Source of the DNA: Lama guanicoe
Taxonomy: Eukaryota
Direction: 5' to 3'
Assembly (NCBI GenBank): GCA_013239625.1
Contig: MU056000.1
Location: 10,801,175-10,865,174 of the forward strand
DNA: 64,000 nucleotides
Made by a program: the position numbers and the translations under genes. Of the stretch, positions 51,034 through 63,609 are shown piece after piece (the stretch's first letter is position 1; every line of letters starts with the position of its first letter). The notes below the pieces were generated by a model. The model was given only the letters and a program-made list of their open reading frames with translations, did not search any database and was not told the DNA's origin.

Positions 51034-51590
51034 CTCTTTCTCTCTTTCTCTCTTTCTCTCTTTCTTTCTTTCTCTCCCTCTCTCTTTCTCTCTTTCTTTC
51101 TCTTTCTCTCTTTCTTTCTATTTCTATTTCTTTTCCTCTCTTTCTCTCTTTCCCTCTGTTTTGCTTGTTGCCAATGCAACAAAGCAAATCTCCTTGCAGT
51201 CTTCAGTGAGGGGAATGATAAATTTTCTTCCAGTTAATCCTTAAATCCAAAGTACAACCCTTTGGGGTCCCAGTTTTATGAGGAGAAGGCTTGTTATTAG
51301 ACCACCCGCGTTGTCTCTGTTCTATATGCCCAAATGAGACCTTGAAAGTCATCTCTCAAGTTTCCACTTTGGCAAATGCCCTCAGGCCAAAGAGGCAAAG
51401 GCAGTTTTCCTTTTATAACTTCTAGCTTTCACTTAGATTTTGGCCTCAGGTTTTTCTTATTACTTTGCAGCTCATCAATGCTTTCAGGAAGATTTTTTTT
51501 TTTTGGTTTATTTTTACCCGCATTTTAAATTATTTTTCAGGAGAAAACTTAGCCTTACACCCAGGCCACCATATTGCCAGAAAGGCCCTT
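50030..51590 (-). mobile_element. Ancient L1/HAL1-like 5'/ORF1-region fragments, split by a microsatellite
   Basis: tatatcttgcttgggattcatt, ttctcctcagctgtatctaacatgctatt, gttcctccagagaggat, ttggggtcccagttttatg. Confidence 0.55.
50845..51157. repeat. Compound pyrimidine microsatellite (CT)/(CTCCCTTCCTTC)n/(TTTC)n
   Basis: About 310 bp almost free of purines on the + strand. Confidence 0.97.
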
Positions 51591-53809
51591 CACCCTGTAC
51601 GGTACTGTCAGGCTTTCTCAGTGTTTTCAGACACCATTTAGTTCCTTTGGGCCTGTTCCATGTGGGTTTTACAAACATGAATTTAAGCCAATGGCCAGAT
51701 ATGGAATATGGACTAAAGATTCTCTAGTCTCATTGAGAGAACAGATAGGATCTGCTTCTGTCACCACCCCACCATGGAGGAGAGAATTAGCAAAAATAGT
51801 TTTGGAAATTGAGGGAGTTTCTAGCAGAGGAACCAATATTATGCTGCCTTCTTTTACACACATGGTATATTTAATCAGAAAGTAGAATTTAAATGCCATA
51901 TGAATAGCCTTCAATAGTCATCAACACTTGATTAGGGATTGAAAAAAAATCGGTCCCCAGCTGCGGCTGTTTGTTCACTTGTTGGCATAGGGTTTCTACA
52001 CGAGACCTAGGGCAGTTGTTCGCTTGTGGTAGGATGGCCCGTTCAAAGTACAGATGGCTTGTTAGATGGAGTTTGTTAAATTTAAACCCAGAAGGAATTG
52101 CCAGCAGATAAGAAAATTAGGTGGTAATTTTAAATAGTGTAAAAAGTTGGATTTGTTTTAGAATGTAAGTGTCTAAGCAGTATTTGAAGACACATTGAGG
52201 CACAAATTCACCTTAATTTTTTTCAATTTCTCGCAATTATACATGTCACTCTGGAGCTGGTATTCACGATGTTGAGGAATGCTTATGTGTATTTTGCAGT
52301 CTTAAGAAATGCACAACATTTCCCAAGGGTATAATTTCACAAGGAAAAAATACTGCTCATAAAGTTAGAATTTACTAATAGGTAAAAAGAATCCTACAAT
52401 GACATTTGCAAAAAACCTTTAGTTACCATGAATATAATTGTAGTTACCTTGGGCCAGATGCAGAAAGGCCTTAGATCGACTCTGTGGTGCATAGTTATTC
52501 TTTCCCAGGTGCCTGCCACGTTCACTCTCCCATTCTAAGCAAGGAAGCAATTGGCTGCTTTTCATCTAGATTTCCATGCTTTAAGATTAAAAAATAACTC
52601 ATAGATGGCTACTACTGATGGGACCAGGGGTGACGTCTGGGCATGAGAAAGGTGAATGATTTAGAATGAGGTTTTGCATGAGCGTTCTACCTCACAAGGT
52701 CATCCTGTTCCTGTTGATGGCAACTTTAACAAATCAATAAGATCTCTTCAGAGAAATTTGAAAATAATATGAGAACAACCAAAATAGGTAGTAGAGTAAA
52801 ACAGAATTCAAGAGATGCAGAAAAAGTGGAATATAGGGAAGAAGCAATGAGCCATTAGAAACTATGAATTGGCAGAAACCATGAGATAGAGCAGCAGGTA
52901 GACAGAGGCAATTAGAGTGGCCCCAGAAAAGAAAGAACTGGGCCAAGCAAAGAAAAACATTGTTGGATAATAATGTATGGTGGGAATGCAGGTCTTGATT
53001 TGCTTTCATGAACAGCATCCAGCTCTCCACGAAGGCTCTTTGCTTACTGCATCTGTTATCTTAAATTGCTCATGTATTTTTTCAATCATCTCTCATTACT
53101 TTAAGAAAATGTGTTTCTGTTTCTTAATAATTGAAAGCTATTATTCAACCAGATCTGATGGAAAATAGATAACGACCAAATTGGCGCTTTAGTAAGTTTG
53201 TCAAGAGCAAATTAGTCAAGGTGGCACAGAAAGGTGTGTGTATGTTTATTTTGAGACTCTTTTCAAATTAAAGCAATGACAGAATATATATCATAATAAT
53301 ATATATAATTAATATAAATGTGTATCAATGAGAGTTAAACATTTAGAAAGGGAAAGAAAAAATCAAAGTCATAGCCACAATCTAAAATCAAGTTACACAT
53401 CTTTAGAACTGAAACTGAGCTGAACTTAAGTGACACCGATGCAAACCCAGAACTACAAGGGATGGAGCTGTTGACTCCAGGCGGGCAAATGGGCAGAGGT
53501 GCCTGGTGCTCTACTTGTGTTACTGGAAAATAAAAGTGCTCTGTGTGAGGTGGGCGACTGTGACCTGTTTGCTGCTATAAAGCCTGTGAAAGGAAGATGA
53601 AAAAGCTGTGACTAGTTTCTGGCTGTGGCCCACAACTTAAGGAATAAGAGAGAGGCAAAGCCTGCCTGGGGTCTGGGCCAAATCACCATTGGCACAGGGA
53701 CCGTGACAATAATGTCCTTAATATCACCTTGGGACAGAACCTTGTGTAGCTGGATGCAGGCACAACTCTTTGATGGAAAAGGATGTGTTCAGAGCCAGAG
53801 AGAAAAACA

Positions 53810-53970
53810 ATCAAAGAAGGAAGCAATCTCCTACACAAATAGGAGAAGCAATTCTGACTCAAGATTCCAACATCAACACTTACCTGAGCTGCCAACTTGC
53901 CAACTTGCCCAGATTTCACATCTGCCATCCCCCATAATCTTGTGAGTCAATTTCTTAAAATAAATCAGGT
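53810..53970 (+). mobile_element. MLT2-like LTR 3' fragment
   Basis: gactcaagattccaacatcaacacttacctgag...ccataatcttgtgagtcaatttcttaaaataaatc. Confidence 0.7.
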
Positions 53971-54059
53971 AGATTTATTTTATTATAGAAGTATATCATA
54001 ATATATAATGTTGTTTATTATTATATATAACATACATGTTATTATATAAATCTATTATT

Positions 54060-54560
54060 ATAATGATGAAAGAATAACTTTGAAAATATAAGGTCAAAGA
54101 AACTTCTAGAAATTAAGACACCATAAGGGTCCTCAGATTCAAAGTGTAAACTGAATGCTGAGCGGGATAAATAAAAATCAATTCACACCAAACACAACAT
54201 GATATTGCAAACATTAGGAGAAAATCTTATGAGCAACCAAAGGAAAAGAAGCAATCTTAAAATCTTAAACTTATTAGACAAGAAATGCAGATTACCTGCA
54301 AATGAACCACAGTTAGACTGACAGCAATTTTCTCCACAATGAAAATAGATGATAAAAAGATAGTGGGATAATATCCTCAGAGTGTTGAGGGAAAATATGT
54401 TTTGACCTGAAATACTACATTCTATTAAGATGTGCTTTGTGCATGAGGGTTAAATGAAGACATTACCAAGTATCTGGAGTGCGCCTGCCACAGTTCTCCA
54501 CTGAAAAAAACTAATTAAGGGCATAAGGTAACTCAGACAAAAAAAGTAGGATGCAAAGCG
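54060..54560 (+). mobile_element. Ancient L1/HAL1 ORF1 region
   Basis: cctcagattcaaag...agttagactgacagcaattttctc...gtgggataatatcctcagagtgttgagggaaaat. Confidence 0.75.
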
Positions 54561-55069
54561 AAACAGGAACCCATGAGCACAAAATTCTGGGTAGACCAAG
54601 TTTTAGCTGCAAAAACAATGTCTAATTCTTATGTTTAAAAGGAAATAGAAAAGAGTTCTATACAAAATAAAATATAAGAGGACAGGTACGCACTAACTAG
54701 GTGAGTTGTGTTTGTCTCAATTTCAGGTGAGTAGATTAGAGATACTCGAAAGGACACAGACTTACACTGAAATGTTTTATATTTCAATATATAAATGCTC
54801 ATCTACAGCCATGCTGGATAATAGACAGCTGCTTGTACCTGCACAGAGAACTACATGGATGGTATCGCTCCAAATGCAGCGTGATATTGGTGTGTTGTTC
54901 TGGGGACTCAAATATTATTAGCAGTGTTGCCTTCAGTAACATGAGTTCCAAAAGATGGACCAACATTTGGTAAAGTCCCAAGCCAAAGTACAACATTCCT
55001 TTGGGTTTTATTGTTCATTTCTGAGAAATTCATTATAAATTAAGACTGTGCAAAGGTAATTTATATATG

Positions 55070-55713
55070 CAGTCAACCCTCGTTATTTGTGAATTCCATA
55101 TTTACGAATTTTGCTACTTGCCCAAATTAATTTGTAACCCATCAATTGTCACTGGCAGTGCTTTTGCAGTCTTTGCTGAACGTGGGCAGAGTGGCCAACA
55201 TTTGAGTCACTAATGTGCACATTCCCAGCAGAGGTGGGAAAACAAGGCTCTGTCTTCTTGCTTCAACTCTTGTACTGAAATCAGGTGTCCTTTTCGTAGC
55301 CTATTTAGTGCCATGTGTTTCACATTTTTGTGCTTTTGGTTGGTGATTTTGCTGTTTAAATTCCCCTCAAAGCACAGTGCTGAAGTACTGTCCAGTGTTC
55401 CTAAGCACGAGGGGGCTGTGACGTGCCCTATGGAGGGAACTTGGGAGTTCGAGAAGCTTTGTTCAGGCGTGAGTACAGTGCCATTGGCTGTAAGTTTGAT
55501 GGTAACAAGTCAGCAATAAATAGGATGTCTTTAAACAGAAATAGATGTAAAACAAGGTTATGTATTGATGGGTTGATGAAAATGCAGTGACCAGAGGCTC
55601 AAAGGAAACAAACTCTGTATTTCCCTTTGGAGCAATGGTGTAGTAGTTGATAGTTCAGCCTTCATGATGACTTTATAGGCCAGAACTGCTACAAATTATA
55701 AACATCATCTCTA
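55070..55713 (-). mobile_element. MER82-like Tigger DNA element
   Basis: Terminus cagtcaaccctcgttatttgtgaattcc; gtctttaaacagaaa...aaaacaaggttatgtattgat...gtgaccagaggctc. Confidence 0.85.
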
Positions 55714-55744
55714 TAGGTAAAATGGAGATGTTAGAATAAAGAGG

Positions 55745-55960
55745 AGTTTCTCCTCATAACTGTCTGGTAAGGCTTTTGAAAATCATGTGTAGTTTGGGAT
55801 AATTCTTGTGATGCAAGACTTTCCTGTGAACTGAAGGCCATGCAACATCCTTGGTCTTACCCACTAAATGCCAGTAGCATCTCCTCCTCCAGAGACTGCC
55901 ACAGCCAAAGATACCCTCTGTACTTTCCAAAACGTTGCCTAGTAGAAAACCACCTCTGTA
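55745..55960. mobile_element. MER20/MER20B-like hAT element
   Basis: ggataattcttgtg...catccttggtcttacccactaaatgccagtagca. Confidence 0.7.
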
Positions 55961-56499
55961 GAGAAATGTTTTGGAAATAGGGTTGTCCTTGAGTTCTAAT
56001 GAGTCTGTGCCATACATTGAATCCTAATTCGACTCTACTCTGATGTCCAAAGTCTCTAGTATCTGATATGTTAGCATTGTTTCTCCAGAAAAATCAGATT
56101 GCCCATAAAGGTATTCTCTGGTCAGCTCACCTGTTAGGATTTTCTTAGCTTAGATTGCAGTCTGTGCTCAAAGCAGACACTCTAGTTCTTCTGTTGGTGG
56201 AGCGGGAGACTCTGGTCTCAGAAGACCTTCTGGAATCCTCAGAATCACAAAAGGGGTCATCAGTTGGGGTTAGCATTAACTGGAAGTCTAGGAGGTCTCA
56301 AAAGTCAGCGCTCATCGCATTCATACTGGAATGCTTGTTTTCATTTTTCTTCTTCAATCTCCTCTTTCAGCCTTTTTTCTCTCTCCAAATGGAGAAAAGA
56401 TTCAAAAGCACACAGTGAGCCCTACCAGGTCTTATATTTATTGCAAGGAACATACTCCCCTTGCTTACCTGTAAGACAGATCTTGTCAATGTTGTAGAC

Positions 56500-56790
56500 T
56501 TAAGAGGTACATAAAAAACATACCTTTACAAAGACTCTCAGTGGTGCCGGATTAGGCACTGAGGATGCAAAGATACGCAATCGATCCTCCCTTGAGAAAT
56601 TCGCAGTCCTCTAGAGAAGAAGCCAAAGAACAGAACATTTCAGTATCGTGAGCTGACGGGCTAGGTAGCCCCAAGGAGAGGCCCGTAACTCATCCCCGGG
56701 AGGGAGTGAAGGGAGGTCTGTGAGGCCCTCTGGAAGAGGAGTTACACTTGAGCTGATTTCTCAAGAAGGTCGAAGAATTTCCCAGACTGT
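56500..56790 (-). mobile_element. L2 3' fragment
   Basis: taggcactgaggatgcaaagat...cttgagaaattcgcagtcctctag...tggaagaggagttacacttgagctga. Confidence 0.6.
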
Positions 56791-57310
56791 CTTATGCCAG
56801 CTCACTCAAGGCCAAGGGTCACGTTCAAGTCACCTAAAACTCTAACCACGCTTGAGCCAGTTATTCCCATCCACAGATTCAACAACTATATCATAACAGT
56901 GAATTGTGTAGTTGGAACAGTTGAGCACTTTGCTTCCAACCCATTAAGTTAGTCATGAAAACTCCCAAACAGCTCCAGCACATTTGCTGGATTTATTTAA
57001 CGTCTTTATTTTAGGGAGGTCCAAGCTTTATAGACTGTTTCATTTATCCTCATATCAAATATCACTGAAAGGTTAAATTTGGTGTTCGGTGACATTCTCC
57101 AGGCAACCTTTCCAAAGCGAAAACTGAAAATAATGGATGTGACGTTTCTTCCAGGAAATCTCCTCCACGAAGCCCAATCTTGAATCCTCAGAGGACCTAG
57201 CAGTTTTGGACGGTATCCAACCTGCCAGTTTCTTGTGATTGGAGCTCGAATCGCTCAACTGGACAAAGTGTCAGGAGACAAGGGTTCCTTTACTGGAAAG
57301 AATTCAAAGG

Positions 57311-57408
57311 AGGGAGGAAGGAAGGGAGATAGAGAAAGGGAGAAGGAAGAAATGGAGAGACGGAGGAAGAGAGAAACAGAGAGAGACAGAGACACAGAGA
57401 GAAAGAAA
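57311..57408. repeat. GA-rich low-complexity tract
   Basis: Directly visible. Confidence 0.85.
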
Positions 57409-57499
57409 GTGGTTGAACAACAAGAGAGGCCCCATCCTCATCACGGATGGAATGTAACTGAAAGAATTAAACAGTTGATCCCTTTCTAAAGAGGCACTG

Positions 57500-57720
57500 C
57501 TGTGTAGTAGGAAAAACTGGGGATAAAATCTGAATTCAAAGCCCTTTCCATCACATACTAACTGTGTAATCATACAAAATTAAACTGAGATTCAGTCTAG
57601 TTCAGTGACGAAAACTGGCTTGATAAGAGCACCTAATCCATAGGATTGTGGTGAGAGTTAGATAATGTAGAAGATGCAGAGTGCCTAGAAGAGGTGCCAC
57701 CTGACATGCTATAATAACAT
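57500..57720 (+). mobile_element. MIR SINE
   Basis: tgaattcaaagccc...catactaactgtgtaatc...cacctaatccataggattgtggtgagagttagataatg. Confidence 0.7.
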
Positions 57721-58454
57721 TACCATTATTTATTATATAATGTTATTATAATTATTGGCGGTGGTTGTACAATTTTGACTTCATGATAAATAAATAAAAT
57801 GAATAACCACCCTGATTAAATTAGTAGTAATAAATGAATAATAAAGTGGGATTACTTGATGAGAATGTAGTTTCTGAACAAGTTAATATGTAAATAAGAT
57901 GTCTATTTTTTCTAACAATTAAGCATTCTTAAGGCACAAGAGTATTATAATGTTAAATGTTAAATGACATATATGAAGCGCCTTGTGTTTTCCCAAAGTG
58001 TCTCGTAATTTTTTTATACATACATTTGTCAGAGGATGGTAAGACCACTACTTAATATCTGAAGGGAAAAGACATGAGGCTTATTGCTGACTCTAGGAAA
58101 AGGGGGCTGTATTGATCACACAGCCTCTCTTTCAGGGACTGATGACTTTCAGAGGTCCGAGTGGGCGCATGTCATCAGCAGAAGTGTGGTTATTCCGGAC
58201 ACACTTTTGCTGACTGGCGAACCCTTAGGGACACGGTCATTGTAACGAGTCCATCTCTGACTGGCTCAACTTTTTCAGAAGCAGTGGGCTGGTGATGATC
58301 GGTTGATGTGCAAAAGTCTGTTTACAGGAGGTAAGTGGTTGTCGATCAATTGAGCAGGTTTAAAAATGATCCTGATTGTTACTTATTATCATGACTACAA
58401 GAAAATCTGTCTTTCCTTAATTACTTAAAATACTCTCACGTTATGCTTGTTCAA

Positions 58455-59620
58455 ATCCACTTGTTTGTTCAGTAACTATTATTGAGTGCCTATTATGCTT
58501 TAAGTAAAAAAAAAAGTGTATAGAACAGTGTATCTGTTCTTACAGTCAAGCGAGGGAAACAAATAAACAGATAAATAGAGAATATCTTGTGCTGGTAAGA
58601 GCTGAGGAGACTAATCAGGCAGGTCACTCTGACTGATGAATTGAGGGTGTTCTGAAAGTTGGTGTCATGAGTTGAATTGTGTCCCCTCCAAAAGATGTGC
58701 TGAAGATTGAACTCCCAGTGCCTATGAATACGACACCTGGAAATCAAGTATTTGCAGATGAAACCAAGTTCAGGTATCATCAGACTTAGCCCTTTGGAAC
58801 AGATCCAACGTGCCTGGTGTTTTATAAGAAGAGGAAACAAGGACCCAGACATACAGGGAGAACGCCATGTGAGGACAGCGGCAGGGACAGAAGGAATGTA
58901 ACTGTAAGCCAAGGAAGGCCGGGGATGGTAGGCGACCACCAGAAGCTAGAAAGGGGCAAAGAAGGACTCTACCCAGAGTCTCAAAGAGAGCATGGCCCTG
59001 CTCACACCTTGAGTTTAGACCTCTAGCTTCCAGAACTGTGAGTCAATACATTTCTATTGTTTCAAGCCACTCAGTTGGTGGCACCTTGCAATGACAGACA
59101 CAGGAAACAAATATGGGTGGCAAGGGCTAAAGAGGGCAGATCAATCAGCAGACTTATGCAAGAGCCACATGAGAGAGGCTGATGGCTCAAATCAGAGCGC
59201 TAGAAATAGAGCTGGTGAGAAAGGGTTGGATTCTGTACATATTTTGGAGGTAAAACCAACAGGATTTGGTGATGGGTTGAATGTGAAGTATGAGAAGACA
59301 GGAATCCAGAATGACTCTAGGTTTTTGATCTGAGCAACAGGAGTTACTATTTTATAAAATAAAGAATATTCTAGGTTAAGGGAGAGGAACTTAATTCAGA
59401 AATTTGACTTTTAAGTTTGAGATGTCTATCAGGCATCAATATGGAGATGTCAAACTCAGAATTAGATGTATATGTTTGGAGGGCAGGGAAAACTCCAGAA
59501 GGGAGAATACAGTTTTGAGTTGTTAACATATAGATGGCATTTAAAAAGTCAGAAAGTAAGATCTCTCAGGTGCCAAACATACAATGAAAACAAAAGGGAG
59601 TCCAGAATTGAGCCTTGTGG
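58455..59620 (-). mobile_element. L2 interrupted by MLT1
   Basis: tattgagtgcctattatgc; resumes at attttggaggtaaaaccaacaggatttggtgatgggttgaatgtg...tttgagatgtctat. Confidence 0.8.
58663..59113 (+). mobile_element. MLT1B/C-like solo LTR
   Basis: tgtcatgagttgaattgtgtcccctccaaaa...accaccagaagctagaaaggggcaa...cttccagaactgtgagtcaatacatttc. Confidence 0.92.
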
Positions 59621-60699
59621 GGTAGACAAGACAGAAAACTGAGACAGAAAAATTAAGAAACTTGCCCAAAGAGAAATAATTAGAAATAATGCCAGAATTT
59701 CAAATTAGGTCTTTTACTTTCAAATTCTTTCTTATTTCTAATATATGCAGTGTCTCTCATGTAACATTTTCTGTAGTAGGAAGAGTTTGATCCATATAAA
59801 CTGGTTCTAACCTATTCTCTTTCTTACTGTACCTTCTTGAAAGATGTAATGACTAAAATGGGTGTAACTTTAAATTATTCAATAGATACATGACTTTTTC
59901 TCTGACCTTCCATAATGGCCTACGTTATCACCACAACCCTACCTTGAACATCAGAAAGAAGTTTGCACTTGAGGTAATCAGAGTTAGCTTCATTAGTTAC
60001 AGACCTCATTCTGGACTTCATTAAAATGAAGCTGTACTTTGAAAATCTTATCTAATGGCATCTTATTGATGTTCTCCTTACTTCCTTCTAGGGAACAGAT
60101 AACTTATGGGTTGGCTCCTTGTATATTGTCTTATGCAGTTGCTATCCTAAAATATTTTTTGTTAGGTGCTTAGTGAAGTTTTGTTAAGCCAAATACATTT
60201 CATCTTCCTACTTGGTACAATAATTATACAGCTTTTAAAGTTGGACACTACCCAGCACAATTGAAAAAATTAAACCAAAAATAACCTTTCTTTCAAAAAT
60301 ACAAAGAGTGGATTTCAAAAGCATCACTCTGTGGGTGTGAGAATGGAAAGAGACTTTATAAATCACTGATTCTAACCCCTTCCCTTTAGAGTGAACTAGA
60401 TCTTCACGTTAGAGAAAGTTAAGGTCTAGAGGAGTTTGCACCCCTTACCCAAGGCAACACCTGACTGTGGCAGGCTGGGGCTGGAATTCTAGCCTTCTTC
60501 CCAATGCTGGGGTTTGGTTCCCCAGATGAGAGAACTGAGAGAAGAGAAAAAGAAGATAGATCAACGCCTGTGTCTGATAACCTTCATGACAGCCTCGATT
60601 CAGAAGAGGAAAGAAAATCAGGGAAGAAGAGAAGATGGCCAGTTTTCCGCAATGAAATGAAACGTGGCAATGAAAATGTTCCAATGTGCAGCGTGGCCA

Positions 60700-61130
60700 A
60701 AGCATGAGGAGCAAACCCCATCTTCTGCACCAAATATGTTACTTCAAGTCCTCTTGCCTCTGTTTTGTCTTCTGTAAAATAGGGATACAAATAATGGGCT
60801 TGTTTTGAGGATTAAGTGTAATCACCCGTGTGAAGTGTTTAGAATAGTGCTTGGCACAGAGTAGGAGCTGAGTGAATGTTAGTTATTATTGGTAGTATCT
60901 TTAAATAATAAAGCCAGAGAACCCAGGCTGATATTCCAGCTCTTCTACTAGCCCTGTAAACTCAGCAAATCACTGAACTCTGGGCCTCCATTTCTACACT
61001 ATAAACTGGGGTCATAATACTTTATCTGCTGACTTTACGGTGATGACATGCATGAGGATTGAATGAGAAATATTAGTGCAAGGATTCTGAATATGTAAAC
61101 TGCTGATTTCCGTGCCTCATCTGTATTATT
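60700..61130 (+). mobile_element. Two adjacent MIR SINEs (about 60700-60890 and 60915-61130)
   Basis: tctgtaaaataggga...tgaggattaagtg...gtttagaatagtgcttggcacagagtagg; caaatcactgaactctgggcctccatttc...tgaggattgaatgaga. Confidence 0.8.
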
Positions 61131-62446
61131 CTTTCCTCAAGTGCCTCAACTGAATGCATCTTTAATCTCAATGTTGACATGGATTATATTAGTTGAAAGA
61201 ATTAAGAGAGAGTATCTTGTCTTGGTATGGGAGGAAAGGGAAAAAGAGATACTATTAAAGACCAAATATTAAAAGCCTAATGAATGTGACCTAATAAATT
61301 ATTTTATATCAAATGAGACCTTCCTAAAATAATTAGCAAAAAAAAGTACCCATTAAGGTAGTTTTCCTGGCAAACGGGCAAGTTTAATCAGCTTGCTTTT
61401 TTAAGCAGTTGGATAGAGTTTTTTAAACGTTAAAATTAAACATTCTGAAAGAATCTGGTAATTGTGAAACTTGCCCTCGTGATTACATTCTAAAATACAA
61501 AAATGGGGCAGGAAATGATCTCTGTTAACCAGTGGATAGTTGGGAATCCGAAGCCATGTTGCTTGTTTTTTAGCTCCATTCAAATTTTCTCCAGGCATTG
61601 TCTTTGTTTATGTCTCATTTATTTCATCTTTTAAGGTACTGTTGATATTCAGCTCTTCTACACACAAGAGGGAATTATGAAGCTTGCTTTCTAATTATTC
61701 CCCCGAGTTAATAACAGAATAGTAACTGTTTTGAGATTATTATCCTTCTGAAAATTCTATTTTAATTGAACCAAGGAAATATGTTTAAAATTACAAAATA
61801 CAAGATACAGTGTGGCATACTTTTGTATGTCTATAGTCTTAGTTTTCAGTGCTATGTTTATTATATTTTTATGTACGATCTTCACAATTTAAAAAAAAAT
61901 TGGTAGCTTTATAAATCACGTTACTGGTGCCTAACAAAAAATTGCACGTGAAAGTTTGAATTAAGAGGAATAAATATCAATGTTATTCTATCATGTCGAG
62001 CATCAGACACATTACATTTCTGTATCAGTTTTCAGTAAAATGTATTCTAAAAGGAGACATGAAATAATTGACAATAAAGTAGGCTGCTTAGTGGGTTTTC
62101 CCCAAGGCTAAATTGTGATATAACTAATTTGCCCCAGCATCAGTCCATTTCCATTTCTGGGTTGTTACCCATTTTCTTGGTTTCTTCCTCAACTTCCCTT
62201 TGAAAGGTGGAACTTTCTTCTTAATCTTTCCTCCCTCTCAGTTTTATCAAAACACGCTCTAAGGAAGGAATTTGATTTCATTCAGTTTTTCTCTATGTGA
62301 ACTGAAGCCAGTGAATCATTTCTCCATGATTATTTGTATCTTAAGTCTCAGCAATAAATGCCGAAGAGAATGCTTTATTCCTGGTAACCTATATTTCAAT
62401 TCCTAACAGGTGGAGGATCACATTTATCAGTAATTTTTTTACATAG

Positions 62447-62564
62447 TTTTTTTTTTTTAGCTTTTGTTTGGTTGTGTTTTGGAGGGAGGTAATTAGGTTT
62501 ATTTATTTATTTGTAATAATTTTTTTTGAATGGAAGTACTGGGAATTGAGTACTCTACCATTGG
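62447..62564 (-). mobile_element. vic-1-like SINE, internally deleted and 5'-truncated
   Basis: Shares ggagggaggtaattaggtttattt, tggaagtactg and actctacca with the copy at 6707-6850. Confidence 0.85.
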
Positions 62565-63609
62565 GAAGCACATTTTAAAGCAGAAAAGCAAATCTCCTTA
62601 GTCCTTCAATGATCATACATTTAATGCTTAAGATGGGTCATGATGACCAGGACAGCAACAAATGTTCTAGTTCAAAAATGCCTGGGATAAGGAGAAGAGA
62701 TATATGAAGAATTTTTACCTTTGAGAAACAGAGGCATATTTGAGAAGTTTTTGAAAATCTTTGAGAAATCAGCATATTTAGCCTGATTGCAGCTCTCAAG
62801 CTTACTCTGAGGTCTTGTTCATTTTTCAATTTTATCCTTCTCTTGGCAGAAAAGAACCAAAGTCTGCATTCTCATTATTTTCTCATTTTATTGAAAAAGT
62901 CCTTACATTTTACTCATGTCCTCATTTTCCCAGAGACCACAAATGGTAAATGAAGATTTAGATAATATTTAAATGAGAAACATTCGAGAACAAGAATGAA
63001 ACTATAAAAATAGACCATTTGTTTCTAAGGCACAACTATTATCTCATTAACTAGACTCTTTCTGATAGACAAATATGTTTCAATGGAAAAGTAGGACATT
63101 CTACATAGAAAGTGATTGTTGGAAATTAAATATGAAATCTGAACTATTTGCAAATGAGAAAGCTCAGGATCTGTATTCTCACCACTAGTTTAATTCTGCC
63201 CCCTTGTGTGTACAGGATGCATTGAAATGGGGCCAATCAACTTTACAGAAAACAAGGCAGGAATATATCACAAACTGCATTAAAATTGTATCTAGGAAGA
63301 GAACATCTCTCTAAAATCAATACAAACTTCACACACTGCAGTAAAAATGATACCATAAGGATCAACTGGTGCAACAGACCAAATGGTGAAAAATCTGATG
63401 TGTAACTCTACACCCATGTGAAGCTTAGGGTGACTCCCTTATTTACCTCTATTTCACTCTCGGTCAAGACTGCACTTACTCAACGAGAAAACATTTTTTT
63501 AAATTTCAAACTCCAACTTCTCAAAAGAATATTGATTTTATTCTAATATATTCACTGCAGTTATTTAAAATACCAAACAACTCAAATTCTTGTAAAGTTT
63601 TTACAGCAA

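Noticed and set aside
50699..51244. Five overlapping 110-162 aa ORFs (KERK/SFFL-rich)
   Set aside because: They are translations of the pyrimidine microsatellite.
60504..60707. Charged 67-aa ORF with NLS-like KKRR
   Set aside because: Purine-rich segment between MIR remnants; no homology recognised and no exon boundaries.
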